Assembly: GCF_006345805.1 (NCBI RefSeq)
Contig: NC_043001.1
Location: 58,652,001 to 58,716,000, forward strand
Length of the DNA: 64,000 nt
Reading direction: 5' to 3'
Origin: Octopus sinensis
Lineage: Eukaryota
Each line of letters starts with the position of its first letter. Within the stretch, counting starts at the first letter, position 1. Shown one piece after another: positions 1 through 12,447 of this stretch. A model generated the notes under the pieces. That model made no database searches and had not been told where the DNA came from. It saw nothing but the letters and a program-made list of their open reading frames with translations. A program made the position numbers and the translations under genes.

Positions 1-865
1 ATGGCAAATACCCAAAGAGAGATAATAGTGCCGATGTTCATAACACCTTTACTCATGGATGGTTTCTCCTGACTTAAAATCAGAAACATAAGGGTTTATC
101 ATAGCAGCCCAAGATCAATGCTAAACTACAAGGAACTACCAGACCAACATATTAAAGTCGGCAGTAGTCCAATATTGTGTATGTCAACAGCAAAATGAAA
201 TCATTGATCATGTTGTCTCCATGTGCAACCTTATTGCGAGTAAAGAGTATCTCAACAGGCATGATAGATCAGTACAATATATATTCACTGGCTAATTTGC
301 AAAACTCTGGACCTGCACCATGATAAAAACTGGTGGGAATACAAAGCACCTCCAGTGCTTGAAAATGGTCACATCTCATTCCTCTGGAACTTCACCATTC
401 AAACTGACTGAAAGATAAATGCGAATAAGCCAAACATTATATTGAAAGGCCTCAGACAAAAATCATGCCTCCTCATTGATATGACTGTACCAATCAGCAT
501 AAATGTATATGTCAAGACCTACCAAAAATTCAGCAAATATAGAGACCTTGAAATAGAAATTGGCAAAATGTGGAACCTGAAGACAAAAACAATACCTGTT
601 GTCGTAGGTGCCCTAGGAATGATAGCAAAATTGATTGATTGCTACCTATCTCAGATACCAGGAAACCTCAAGATAGCAGAAATTCAAAAGATAGTGATAA
701 TGGGAACTGCCCGTATCCCACGTAAAATACTGTCTATGTAATCTCATAATTTTGTTTTCTTAAACATTCTCTAGAACAATACTTTGTGCAAAACCAAATA
801 TATGGCCCCCTAGGTGTAACATCAACTTGAACTTCTAACTTGTCTCTTGAGGTCTCTGGGTGAGA
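1..865 (+). mobile_element. Degenerate 3' part of an R4/Dong-like RLE non-LTR retrotransposon (family B)
   Basis: Broken frames give LKSET*GFIIAAQDQ, HVVSMCNLIASKEYLNRHD and ORF 442-741 KYRDLEIEIGKMWNLKTKTIPVVVGALG...GTARIPRKILSM*. The 3' UTR (TGTCTCTTGAGGTCTCTGGGTGAGA) matches the reverse complement of ~25993-26017. Confidence 0.85.
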
Positions 866-900
866 TGATAATAATAATAATGATAATAATAATAATAATG

Positions 901-964
<64 letters not shown>

Positions 965-1902
965 GGATGATGATGATGATGATGATAATAATAATAATAA
1001 TGATAATAATAATAATAATGATGATAATAATAATAATAATATTTGTTTCTTCAGAAGATGAAGAAACAACAAAAGCTATAAAAAAAATGAAATCCAAACT
1101 AAAAATAGAACAGCAACGAACCATGATAAAACGATGGCAAGAAAAGCCCCTTCATGGTAAATACTGGACTAAACTAAACGCAAAAGAAATAGACAAAGAA
1201 AAATCCCAGCAATGGTTGAGAAGCTCAGGACTCAAAGCAGAAACAGAGGGATTTTTAATTGAAGCACAAGACCAAAGCCTCCCCACCAGAAATTACCAAA
1301 GACATGTAATGAAAAGAAATATTACAAGTAACTGCAGAATATGTGGAGATGGACGAGAAACAATAAATCATATTATCTCTAGCTGCCCAGTCCTGGCTAA
1401 GAAGGAATATATTCACAGACATGACAGAGTTGGAACTTACATACATTGGAAGCTATGCCAACATTATGGAATAACAACAGAAAAAAGATGGTATAGGCAC
1501 ACACCAGAAAAGGTCACAGAAAACGAGAAAGCAACCATACTCTGGGATATGCCGATACACACAGATAGAGAAATTAAGGCCAACAGACCAGATATAGTTG
1601 TCAGAGACCATGAAGAAAAAAAATGCTTTCTAATTGATGTATCAGTACCGGCAGATGACAACGTGTCTGTAAAAGAAATGGAGAAACTCTCAAAATACAA
1701 AGACCTGGAAATAGAGGTAACTAGAATGTGGAATCTGAAAACAGAAACAATTCCTATCATAGTAGGTGCGTTAGGCATGATAAAAAAATATTCAGACAAA
1801 TACATAACAAAAACACCAGGACTTACAAACACATATAACATACAGAAAATTGCACTACTAGGCACTGCACACATCCTACGCAGAACACTTTCCATACAAT
1901 AA
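865..1902 (+). CDS. Open frame: microsatellite-encoded poly-Ile/Met fused to a zinc knuckle plus restriction-like endonuclease (RT absent)
   Basis: ATG at 865 is in frame through ATA repeats to the stop at 1902 (track ORF 847-1902). Expression is unsupported. Confidence 0.3.
866..1040. repeat. (ATA)n/(ATG)n compound microsatellite
   Basis: Directly visible; source of the poly-Ile/Leu/Tyr ORFs. Confidence 0.98.
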
Positions 1903-2005
1903 CCATCAGAGCATCACAACAAATCACAGCACATACCCAAGGCACACAGAGCTGCGCTCGGTAGTGAAGTGAAAGCACGCTATAAAAATAAAAATAAAAC
2001 TACTG
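1041..2005 (+). mobile_element. 5'-truncated R4/Dong-like RLE retrotransposon, family A copy 1
   Basis: Uninterrupted ~285-aa C-terminal frame: GLKAETEGFLIEAQDQ, CCHC knuckle CRICGDGRETINHIISSC, RHD, RLE motifs RPDIVV...LIDVSVP...EKLSKYKDL, IPIIVGALG. A ~100-nt 3' UTR ends AAAACTACTG before (AAT)n. No RT domain. Confidence 0.93.
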
Positions 2006-2044
2006 AATAATAATAATAATAATAATTATAATAATAATAATAAA

Positions 2045-2075
<31 letters not shown>

Positions 2076-2207
2076 ATAATAATAATAATAATAATAATAT
2101 AATATAATAATAATAATAATAATAATAATAAGGATGATGATGATGATGATGATAATAATAATAATAATGATAATAATAATAATAATGATGATAATAATAA
2201 TAATAAT
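2006..2207. repeat. (AAT)n/(GAT)n microsatellite between duplicated copies
   Basis: Directly visible; carries the same AAGGATGATG interruption as 866-1040. Confidence 0.97.
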
Positions 2208-3170
2208 ATTGTTTCTTCAGAAGATGAAGAAACAACAAAAGCTATAAAAAAAATGAAATCCAAACTAAAAATAGAACAGCAACGAACCATGATAAAACGA
2301 TGGCAAGAAAAGCCCCTTCATGGTAAATACTGGACTAAACTAAACGCAAAAGAAATAGACAAAGAAAAATCCCAGCAATGGTTGAGAAGCTCAGGACTCA
2401 AAGCAGAAACAGAGGGATTTTTAATTGAAGCACAAGACCAAAGCCTCCCCACCAGAAATTACCAAAGACATGTAATGAAAAGAAATATTACAAGTAACTG
2501 CAGAATATGTGGAGATGGACGAGAAACAATAAATCATATTATCTCTAGCTGCCCAGTCCTGGCTAAGAAGGAATATATTCACAGACATGACAGAGTTGGA
2601 ACTTACATACATTGGAAGCTATGCCACATTATGGAATAACAACAGAAAAAAGATGGTATAGGCACACACCAGAAAAGGTCACAGAAAACGAGAAAGCAAC
2701 CATACTCTGGGATATGCCGATACACACAGATAGAGAAATTAAGGCCAACAGACCAGATATAGTTGTCAGAGACCATGAAGAAAAAAAATGCTTTCTAATT
2801 GATGTATCAGTACCGGCAGATGACAACGTGTCTGTAAAAGAAATGGAGAAACTCTCAAAATACAAAGACCTGGAAATAGAGGTAACTAGAATGTGGAATC
2901 TGAAAACAGAAACAATTCCTATCATAGTAGGTGCATTAGGCATGATAAAAAAATATTCAGACAAATACATAACAAAAACACCAGGACTTACAAACACATA
3001 TAACATACAGAAAATTGCACTACTAGGCACTGCACACATCCTACGCAGAACACTTTCCATACAATAACCATCAGAGCATCACAACAAATCACAGCACATA
3101 CCCAAGGCACACAGAGCTGCGCTCGGTAGTGAAGTGAAAGCACGCTATAAAAATAAAAATAAAACTACTG
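2208..3170 (+). mobile_element. Family A copy 2 (tandem duplicate of 1041-2005, frameshifted)
   Basis: Near-identical to copy 1 at offset ~1165 bp. A 1-nt deletion near 2625 splits the frame into ORFs 2253-2639 and 2612-3067. Confidence 0.93.
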
Positions 3171-3209
3171 AATAATAATAATAATAATAATTATAATAAT
3201 AATAATAAA

Positions 3210-3240
<31 letters not shown>

Positions 3241-3315
3241 ATAATAATAATAATAATAATAAATAATAATAATAATAATAATAATATAATAATAATAATA
3301 ATAATAATAATGATA
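3171..3315. repeat. (AAT)n microsatellite
   Basis: Directly visible. Confidence 0.97.
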
Positions 3316-3319
3316 ATGG

Positions 3320-3600
3320 GATAAATTTAATAAAAGCAATAGAGACAAAGCTCAGAGCAAATGGAGAATGTGTAGGAAAACTGACGTATGTATTAATATT
3401 TGAGTGAATGCGGTAAGTTAGCACAAAAAGAGTATAAGCGCACGCCTGAATATGTATGTATAAGAATGCATTGGAATGTTAGCCGAGTGTGTGACCTCGA
3501 AATAAGAGAAAAGTTGCGTGATCAGAAACCAGAAGCTGTAATAGAGAAAAAAATAAGGAATTTATAGGATTTCTGCAATTAAGACTGACTATACTGCTAA
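3320..3600 (+). mobile_element. Old R4/Dong-like RLE remnant
   Basis: Frameshifted translation gives KWRMCRKTD..., LSECGKLAQKEYKR and MHWNVSRVCDLEIREKLRDQKPEAVIEK, matching the knuckle/RHD/HW region of family A. Confidence 0.65.
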
Positions 3601-4339
3601 ACTAATCCCTGTATTCAATCTATATTATATACAACAGACACTGTGACGCAATCAATCAACAAAACTCCCTGCTTATCTGCAAAATATAAAGATAGTCCCA
3701 AGCTCAATACATCTATATCATGGCATGGAAGACTGAGACAACGTAAAGTCACCACAGATTCTATTTTCAGAATCTATACTGCGCATCACTCACAGGGGAA
3801 ATAATTATATCCCAGTTTATTACTTCATCATAAAGAAGGTGATTCAAAGTTTACTGACTTTCTGTCGTCAGGGTTGTCTGTGGAAATTTTAAACATACCT
3901 GTCAGACATTGAATTTCTTTTAGAGATATTTGGAGTAACGATTGATTGAAGCTAGAGCTACACATTTTGGTAAACATCTTCAAAATTTATTTGCGTATAT
4001 ACTTAACTGATTTCCTTTATCAAAATTACATATTTCTGCTGAACTTCTAGATTACATGAATCACAGAAGATAAAAGTATTTAGAATATGAAAAAACTGCG
4101 GAATGTGTAGTGAATGATCTACTGTGTCTCAGATATTCAACTCGTACATTATGACCAAAGTAACATTTTGTTCAGTTTCCCCGCTGCTAATTATGGTCTA
4201 ACAAACATTAACGTCTCACCTCATAAAGATGAGAAAAATTTTGATGCAGAAACTATTTTTAAATTAGCGTACTCATTTGCTAAATGATGACCAAATTATC
4301 CGCTTTGAGTTCCTTAAAAGTAAAATAGTTTGTAATGAA

Positions 4340-4470
4340 GGTGGATTCAAATTTATCCTGGTCGATAAAATAGTACCAGTTGAGCACTGGGATCGATGTA
4401 ATCGACTTACGTCCCTTTCCCTCGAAGCTGCTGGCCTTGTGCCAAATTTTGAAACCAACATTAAGAATAT
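4340..4470 (+). mobile_element. tRNA-derived SINE (family S1), 3' fragment
   Basis: GTCGATAAAATAGTACCAGTTGAGCACTGGGATCGATGTAATCGACT...GGCCTTGTGCCAAATTTTGAAAC is shared with 7543-7765. Confidence 0.8.
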
Positions 4471-4499
4471 TAATATTTATAAAAAGTAACTTAGTTAAA

Positions 4500-5230
4500 G
4501 ATTTATAACAAATAGAGACATACAAACAGAAGTAAAAGTCAGGAAGTAGAATTATAGACGCATTATATCAATATTTAAAATAGAGCTAAATGCAAAAAGT
4601 GTAAATAAATAAAATAACTATCTAGTTGACGCAACCTAAGATAACATCCTAATATTTAGAATTTCACAGAAACAAAGGAAGAGAAAAACAAATATACGGC
4701 GACATTTAGAATGCACCACCCAAAATCAGTCATCGAAAGATTACACTTACCACATGCAACATTAATGTTTATAAATTATTCACAGTAGAAATGCAACAAT
4801 ATGTCATGAATAATGGAAAACTAATACAAATGGATACAAATCGTTTCTCGGATGTCACCTCATACAAAACAGCAGACCAACGACCCAGACTAGTAAATAT
4901 AATGTCTAAAATGTAAAAAAAGATGGGGGCTATACAATGTCATAAAGAAAAGGAGGAAAGAGAAGCCTCTGTGTGGGCAATAAGTAGAAGTTTGGAATAT
5001 ATCGGAATAAAACTATAAACATTTGGAATGCTCGCAGAGAAGTGCAAGATTCAAACTCGAAAATACAAAATTATTGATTGAAAACCGAATAAATTCATCC
5101 CGATAAATTCATCAAAACAGAATAAGGCAGATCCAAGCATTTGCAGAGTATGTGGATATGATGATGAATCAGTTTACTACATTTTCTATGGCTGATTTAC
5201 AATTAATTGCAGCACAGCCGTGTTGAGGTT
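4500..5230 (+). mobile_element. Highly degraded R4-like retrotransposon remnant
   Basis: KIELNAK (~4580), MHHPKSVIERLHLP (~4710) and CRVCGYDDESVYYIFYG (~5140) appear in the expected order (RT thumb to zinc knuckle). Confidence 0.55.
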
Positions 5231-5805
5231 TACTAACACATAAAGTTAGGCCAGTCTTATGAATTCCCAGCAGAAAAAGTTTGTATGTACATATATCAGA
5301 GAATAGCCTCAAAAGGAAACAAAACCGCCCCTGAGTTAGGATGTTATGAACAAGATCAATACAAAGAGCACAGCCAATTCAAAGTATACCCCTCAACAGA
5401 TGATAGTGTAATATTCAAAGAAATAGAGGATTCACCCACCAAATAATAATGGTCTAAAACAAGAGATTTTAAACCATAATCGTCTTCTTTATAATTACGA
5501 GCAATGAGAATGCTGTAAAAATGAAAGCACACAGGGGAATTACTGCTAATTACTGCAAAATACTGTTTTTAAGAAACCTTTGTAAAAAAGGTTTCCATAT
5601 TTAAAAATATTTGTCACCTAAATAACTTGGTTCAAATTTATATAATTCGCGAAAGAGATCCCCGACTAACGAAACATGTTTTCATTTTGCCTACTTGAAA
5701 ACAAAAATTGCCCTATAAGTACGTAAATTAATTTCATGGTATTATAATCCTTCATTTACCACCAGCTTTTGTTTAATTTCTCCAACTGAGAGTCGATTTC
5801 CACCA

Positions 5806-5829
5806 ACTGAATGTCACGTGACATTCAGT
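5806..5829. other. Perfect 24-bp palindrome centred on GTCACGTGAC
   Basis: ACTGAATGTCAC|GTGACATTCAGT is its own reverse complement. Confidence 0.95.
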
Positions 5830-7334
5830 GCATTACCTTTTAACTTAATTCATCGTTATAGGAAGAAATCAAAGAAATGGAAGAAGAAAGGTAACGTATA
5901 AAAATACATGCGTATGCGCGCGCATGCACCCAAAAGCGTACACAAGCACGCAAACAGACACGCACGCACACTCACACACACACACACACTCGTACACACA
6001 AGCTATCAAACACGTGACATGGATCTAATTTTACTTTGCACATACCTAACCTTTGGAGAATATATATTGCATATGCGTAAAAAACTGGAGCATGTGTGTG
6101 TGTATGTGCGTATACTTGTATGTGTTTATGTGCATGTGGGCATTTTATTTTGTGTGTATTTATGTATGTGTACACGTGTGTATCTATTAGTGCTTTTGTT
6201 TGACTGCTGATATAAATCTGAACAGATACACATATGAAACGTATTTCCTAGGTTTCCTTAGACGGTATTCCAAACAATGAGTCATATGTATTGAAGACTA
6301 GCTACACTTGCACTTCTGCGCTCCTGCACTCCCGCATCCCTTGCACTCCTGCACCGAGGTCTATCCAGAGCTGACCTTTCTGATAAGACACGATGAATGG
6401 TATTCGTTATCATAGTGGTGAAGTCGGTGACGGTTAATGGGAACAGTTGTGGTAGGGGAGGCTGATTGGCGAAGGGGGCGTTCAAGTCAGGGATAATCGT
6501 TGTGGTGGTGACCATGGTGACGGCTGATGAGGGGATAATCTTCCTTATAGGGAAGATAGTGGTGGGGTGAAAGGTGTTACTGGTAAGGATAACGGTGGAG
6601 GTAGAGGGGGAGAGTGTGACGTTGATCTAGTATTTGGTGACTTTGGTGATGTTGGTGACGATTGATGTCACATGACCTGCGCAGCGGTAGGGACAGCGTA
6701 ATGCGGTGTTGATGCTGGTTGTAGGGATGCTAGCTTTGTTGGTGGTCACGGTTTCTGTGGTGACGGAGGGGGTGATCGCGAGGAATGATACATCCATGAT
6801 GTTATTGTTCGATAATATGTTGGTGGTGATGATGTTGATGATGTTGATGATGATGATGATGATGATGGTGGTGGTGATGGTGATGGTTATGGTGAAGGCA
6901 GTGGTATTTGTAGTGAGAGCTGATATGTCAATACCCGGGGTGGTTGTAACAGTAGATTTGCTGGTTTAGCGGTGATTGGAGTGATGGCGTTATAAAATGT
7001 GTTAGTAATTGTGGTGAAACTAATGTAGAAGCCATAGAACTTGCATGTTATGGATCTCCTTGTTGTTATTTAGTCCAGGGCACCCTGCTATTACTGAAGG
7101 CACCCCATCCAAATAGGTCGCCTATTTTTAAAGTTATCAGAAAATGAATCAAAATGTATATTATAGTTGAAGATGTGTCTTAATATTCGTTACTACACGT
7201 GACCGAACAAAATCTAAATAAATAAATGAGAAATGAATAAATAAAATAACTAAAACAAATGGTTCTTCGCCGGTTGTTACGGTGAGCGTTTTCTGTTTTT
7301 CTTTGAACTAAACTGCCAACTCAATATATTGATT

Positions 7335-7520
7335 TTAAATTTTGGTTCAAGGCCAGCATTTTCGGGAGATGGGAAAGTCGATTATATCGACCCTCTTACT
7401 CCACTGATATTTTTTTTATCGGCCCTAGAAAGAGGAAAAGACCTCAGCGGAATTTGAACTCAGAAAGTGAATATGGACTAAATGCCTCTAAACATTTCGT
7501 CCGGCGTGCTTACCAACGCA
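7335..7520 (-). mobile_element. SINE S1 monomer
   Basis: Reverse complement of the S1 body (GAATTTGAACTCAGAA, GTCGATTATATCGACCC, CAAGGCCAGC). Confidence 0.8.
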
Positions 7521-7542
7521 ATATATTAACATTTAAGTAAGG

Positions 7543-7765
7543 CAGCGAGCTGGCAGAATCGTTATCACTCCGGGCAAATTGCTTAGCGGCATCCCACCCG
7601 TCTGCATGTTCTGAGTTCAAATTCTGCCGAGATCGACTTTGCCTTACGTGCATTTCGGGGCCGATGAAATAAGTACCAGTTGAGTACTGGGGCTCGATGT
7701 AATCGACTGGCCACCTCTCCCAAAATCGCTGACCCTGTGCCAAAATTTGGAATCAATTTATTAAA
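7543..7765 (+). mobile_element. SINE S1 monomer, full length
   Basis: Head GGCAGCGAGCTGGCAGAATCGTTA (A-box-like), B-box GAGTTCAAATTC, body and AT-rich tail. Confidence 0.85.
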
Positions 7766-8039
7766 CATGTGACTGAATATTCTACAGACATTGGCACGCT
7801 GAACGCAACCCAGGGCTGGTTTGGCACGGTTGGTTTTTTTTTTTTACATTTCAGTTTCAATCAATTTGACGGGTTTTACTCAGTTTTCCTCTAGCCAACT
7901 TTAGTTTCAAGCTGTTAAAACGAAGCTGTTAACGATAATAGTTAGAGGGAACTCGGGACCGCGTCATTTCAAACAGAACTTCTTAATCACTCAGCCATTC
8001 TTGCATTGGACTAATGTTGGCAACAACAGTAGCATCACC

Positions 8040-8321
8040 TCCTCCTCTTCCCCACCTCCTCTACGACGACGACGACTACCACCACCACCTATTCCAACAC
8101 CACCAACACCACCACCACCACCACCACCTATTCCAACACCACCACCACCACCTATTCCAACACCGCTACCAAGAACAACAGCAGCATGTTGCTAACGTCA
8201 ACAAAACATGTTATACTTCTACTACTAGTAGTAGTAGTACTACTACTACCACCACCACCACCACCACCACCATCACTACTACTACTACTACTATTAATAC
8301 TACCACCACCACCACCACCAT

Positions 8322-8368
<47 letters not shown>

Positions 8369-8490
8369 GCACCACCGCCTCAACCATACCACCATCATCC
8401 CCACTATCATTATCAGCGCTGCCGATGCCGCCACTACTGCTGCTGCTGCCGTTGCCACTTCTTTTCCCGCTACTGATGCTGTTGTTGCCG
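8040..8490. repeat. Compound (CAC)n/(TAC)n/(CTG)n triplet repeats
   Basis: Directly visible; explains the His/Thr/Pro-rich ORFs. Confidence 0.95.
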
Positions 8491-9339
8491 CTGAAGCAGT
8501 CTACAACTATATTATATCTCATATGATGCTTGCGAAACTAACCACAAGCCTAAGAAGGAGCTTCTATGAGGTCATTTGGGTTTCCTGAAATAACAGCCGA
8601 TGTTCCGTCAAATTACACATTGGTTCCTTTAAAAAAGAAAGAACACATTGAATTATATAACTATAAAGTGTGGATGGGTCAGGCTGGAAAGTGTTTGATT
8701 TTTGTTCTAAGCAACATGTAGAAACTACAGACACTCGCCTGAATATTGAAAATAAGGCTGGTGGGTCATGACTGGAGACTCTTTGATCGTAGTTTGCTGA
8801 TCAGGTTGATATGGGTTTCAACCAGTGCTATCCATTTCTCACAACCGTGGTCATTGTGAGACGCATAAACAATATCACAGCTATAAGTACACCACCACCA
8901 CCAGCCATCACCAACGCCAATCCTCAAACATCACTATAACAAACGTCGCAACTGCTGCCGCCATCTCTACCACCTCTGACCTCTAACCTCTAAACTCTTC
9001 CATCACTGCCACCGTCATCACCAAAACTGCTACTTCCAGCAACACCATCACCTCTACCATCAACAAAACCAAGAAACACCACAACCCAATACCAGCAGAA
9101 GCAGCGGCACTGCTACATGGGAGAATAACAACAATACATTTCAAGCAGCAACAGCAATAAGGAAAAGAATGTCACCGACCTGCTAGAAATTTCAACTATT
9201 CTCCCTCAAATAACACTATCGTCTGAAAAAGAAACCCTCAAAATAAATGAATGAGAAGATATCACAGCCCTAAACTCGTGAGTCTGGGAGCAAATACCTA
9301 GTGTCCCATTCTTTAGCACGACACATATTTTATCATAGG

Positions 9340-9578
9340 ACTTTTATCTTTTTTGTGGCATTTGACTACAGTCATGCTGGGGCACCGCTTCAGGAAGTTT
9401 TAGTCGAATGAATTGACTTCGTTATTTTTTCCTTTATTTTGTTAAGCCTGGTACTTATTTTATCAGTTGTCTTTTACCGAACAGCTATGTTACGGGCGTC
9501 GCAAAAACACTAACACCGATCGTCAAGCTGTGGTTAGGCACAAACACAGATATGGACGCACACACACACACACACATA

Positions 9579-9645
<67 letters not shown>

Positions 9646-9797
9646 GGTTTCTTTCAGTTTCCGTGTACCAAAATCCAGTCACAAGGCTTTAGTCGGGCCG
9701 AGACTATAGTAGAAGACACTTACCCGGGTGCCATACAGTGGGACTGAACCCGAAATATGTGGTTGGGAAGCAAGCCTCTTACCACACAGCCACATCT
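9340..9797 (-). mobile_element. tRNA-derived, CORE-like SINE (family S2) with internal (CA)n(TA)n
   Basis: Minus strand reads GTGGCTGTGTGGTAAGAGGCTTGCTT...GGGTTCAGTCCCACTG...GTGTCTTCTACTATAG and ends CCCCAGCATGACTGTAGTCAAATG. The CORE similarity is recalled, not aligned. Confidence 0.8.
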
Positions 9798-10174
9798 GCC
9801 CTTACTCACTTTTAATTAGTAGTGGGTTAACAACAACAACAACAACAACTACTACTACTACTACTACTACTACTATACTACTACTACTACTATTACTACT
9901 ACTACTACTACTACTTCTACTACTATTGTTTTAAATCGGCCATCAACAACATTAACAGCCCTGACCGAAGACGTGGTCATTAGACCTACAAGAAACATAC
10001 GAAATCTCCTTCAGCTTGTACCCAACCATCTTCAATGATGAAATAGCATAAAAGATGATATATTCTTTGTCATCATCCATAACATCTCTGGGTGGTCACA
10101 ACTGAAAAGCTATATTCATCGGTCTGCTCGATCAAACCTAGCCTGGAGACTAAACAACATTATCAGCCATCCTG

Positions 10175-10224
<50 letters not shown>

Positions 10225-10422
10225 GGCGGTAACAGCAGCAGCAGCAGTAGTAGTAGTAGTAACAGCAGCAGCTTCAGTAGTAGTAGTAGTGGTAGTAGTA
10301 GTAGTAACAGCAGCAGCAGCAGTAGTAGTAGTAGTAGCAGCAGCAGTAGCAGCAGCAGCAGCAGTAGTAGATGTAGTAGTAGATGTAGTAGTAGTAGTAG
10401 TAGCAGTAGTAGTAGTAGTAGT

Positions 10423-10460
<38 letters not shown>
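10175..10460. repeat. (TAG)n/(CAG)n compound microsatellite
   Basis: Directly visible. Confidence 0.97.
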
Positions 10461-10461
<1 letters not shown>

Positions 10462-12149
10462 CATTAACTGCCATTGCGATTATCACATCGAAACAGCTTA
10501 CAATGAATTGTAAATATCTAGAGTAACAGCCGTCATGCAACTGCTATTGCTGCTATTACTCTACGGCTACTGCTAATATTACTGATACTGTTGATAAGAT
10601 GCTGTGTCTTCTAATGGTACAGTCATTGCTACTACTACTACTACTGCCTTTGATGCTGCTGCTGATACCACTTCTGATGATGATGATGATGCCACTTTTC
10701 CTTCTATCGCTATTGTTGTTGCTGTAGCTATAACAATCATTATAGCAGTAGGAGCTACTACTACTACTACTACTACTGCGCCTGTTCAGTTGTAATAACA
10801 ATAGAAATATTAGTGATGGTACTGCTACCGAAATCATGCTGCTGTTGCTGCTGCCAGAGACCCGTCAGCAGCTGCAGCTGCTACTTCCGATTCCAGTACT
10901 GGTACCCTTGCTGCTGTCACTGCTGCTGTCTTCAAATACGACTGATACGAATAGATAACAATAGCTAGAAGAAGAACAACACTGAAAAATGCTACACAAC
11001 AGATAAAAACTCTCTCCCGATCGTTGTACCTGCTAGAAACAGCAGCCAAATACAATCAAAACTACATTGTTACTGTCTAAAGAGGAGGGAAGGAGAGAGA
11101 GAGAGAGGTCATTAATCTTAAATCCATTTGATAAGGTATCAGCTCTGTCTTACAGCAAGAAAAAAAAAAGAAAAAGAAAATACGCTGAACTAAAATGATC
11201 ATCAGACTTGCTAGAAATGACAGTAAAATCTTCAAATTTTTCTATAAACTATCACAAAATGGTGGGGGGGGGGTTGTTGTCTTCTTTAACTTCGTTAGAA
11301 GCTGTATAAAAGTTACATTGGGTAATGTATTCCTAGATGCATTGTGCATGGATAGAATAATGTAAAATTAATAATTGGAATGCCTTGGATCATGAGACTT
11401 CTCTCGATCGGGATTGTTCCTGGAGGTAAACAACGAAAGCAATATCAATAATAACAACTGCAATAACATCAGTCAGAATAAATGTTTAAAAGCAATCAGA
11501 CGAGGAATGAAAATAAATGAAAACACTGTAAGTCATGTCGGCAATTAGTTGTCATGAATGCAAATCATAAATTTCTTATAATAGCAGCAGAGTGGAACGC
11601 ATTTAAAAAGAAATAGGTTTGTAAAATATTATTGGGTATATGATTCATATGCAATATGACATCATTTAGAGAAATAAGCGTGCCAGATGTATTGCTAATA
11701 CACACATAATCGATATAAACAACGCATTTCACCGAGTACATCAATTAATTAATTAACCAGTTAACTAATTAATGATTTGATAACAACTCCAATTCTGCTA
11801 TCGGTGTTTATGAAGCTACACGACTGTAATTAAATTATTCAAAGGCACAGTCTAGCAGAGCGAAGCGACAGAGAAAGATTTTATGGTGAGGAAGGATATG
11901 GACACTGATTGTTTTCGTAAATTAGGAAGATTGTTGTTATTAGAACACCGGTAATATAAAAGTCTGGATCGAAGTATTGATGGCGCCATATTTTTAACAA
12001 CAGCGTCTGTGAATTCTGCACAGAGCGGCCTTCATTCTATCTGCAGTTTTTACAGCTGTTCATTTTTTGATATTGAATTTGCTCCCTCCTCCCTTCTTAG
12101 TTTCTACGTATGCATATGTGTAGGTGTGCATTATTTATTCTTTAATCAT

Positions 12150-12382
12150 TTTTTATTTGCTTCAGTTATTGAACTGCGGTCGTGGGGCACCGCCTTGTGG
12201 AATTTTTAATCGAACAATTCAACCCCCAGTATTTATTTATTTTGGTACATATTCTATCGGTCCCTTTTGCCGAACCGCTAAGTTACGGGGACAGAAACAC
12301 ACCACCATCGGTTGTCAAGTGATGTTGGGGGGGAGGACAAACACAGACACACAAACATACACAGACACACACATATGTATAC

Positions 12383-12447
<65 letters not shown>

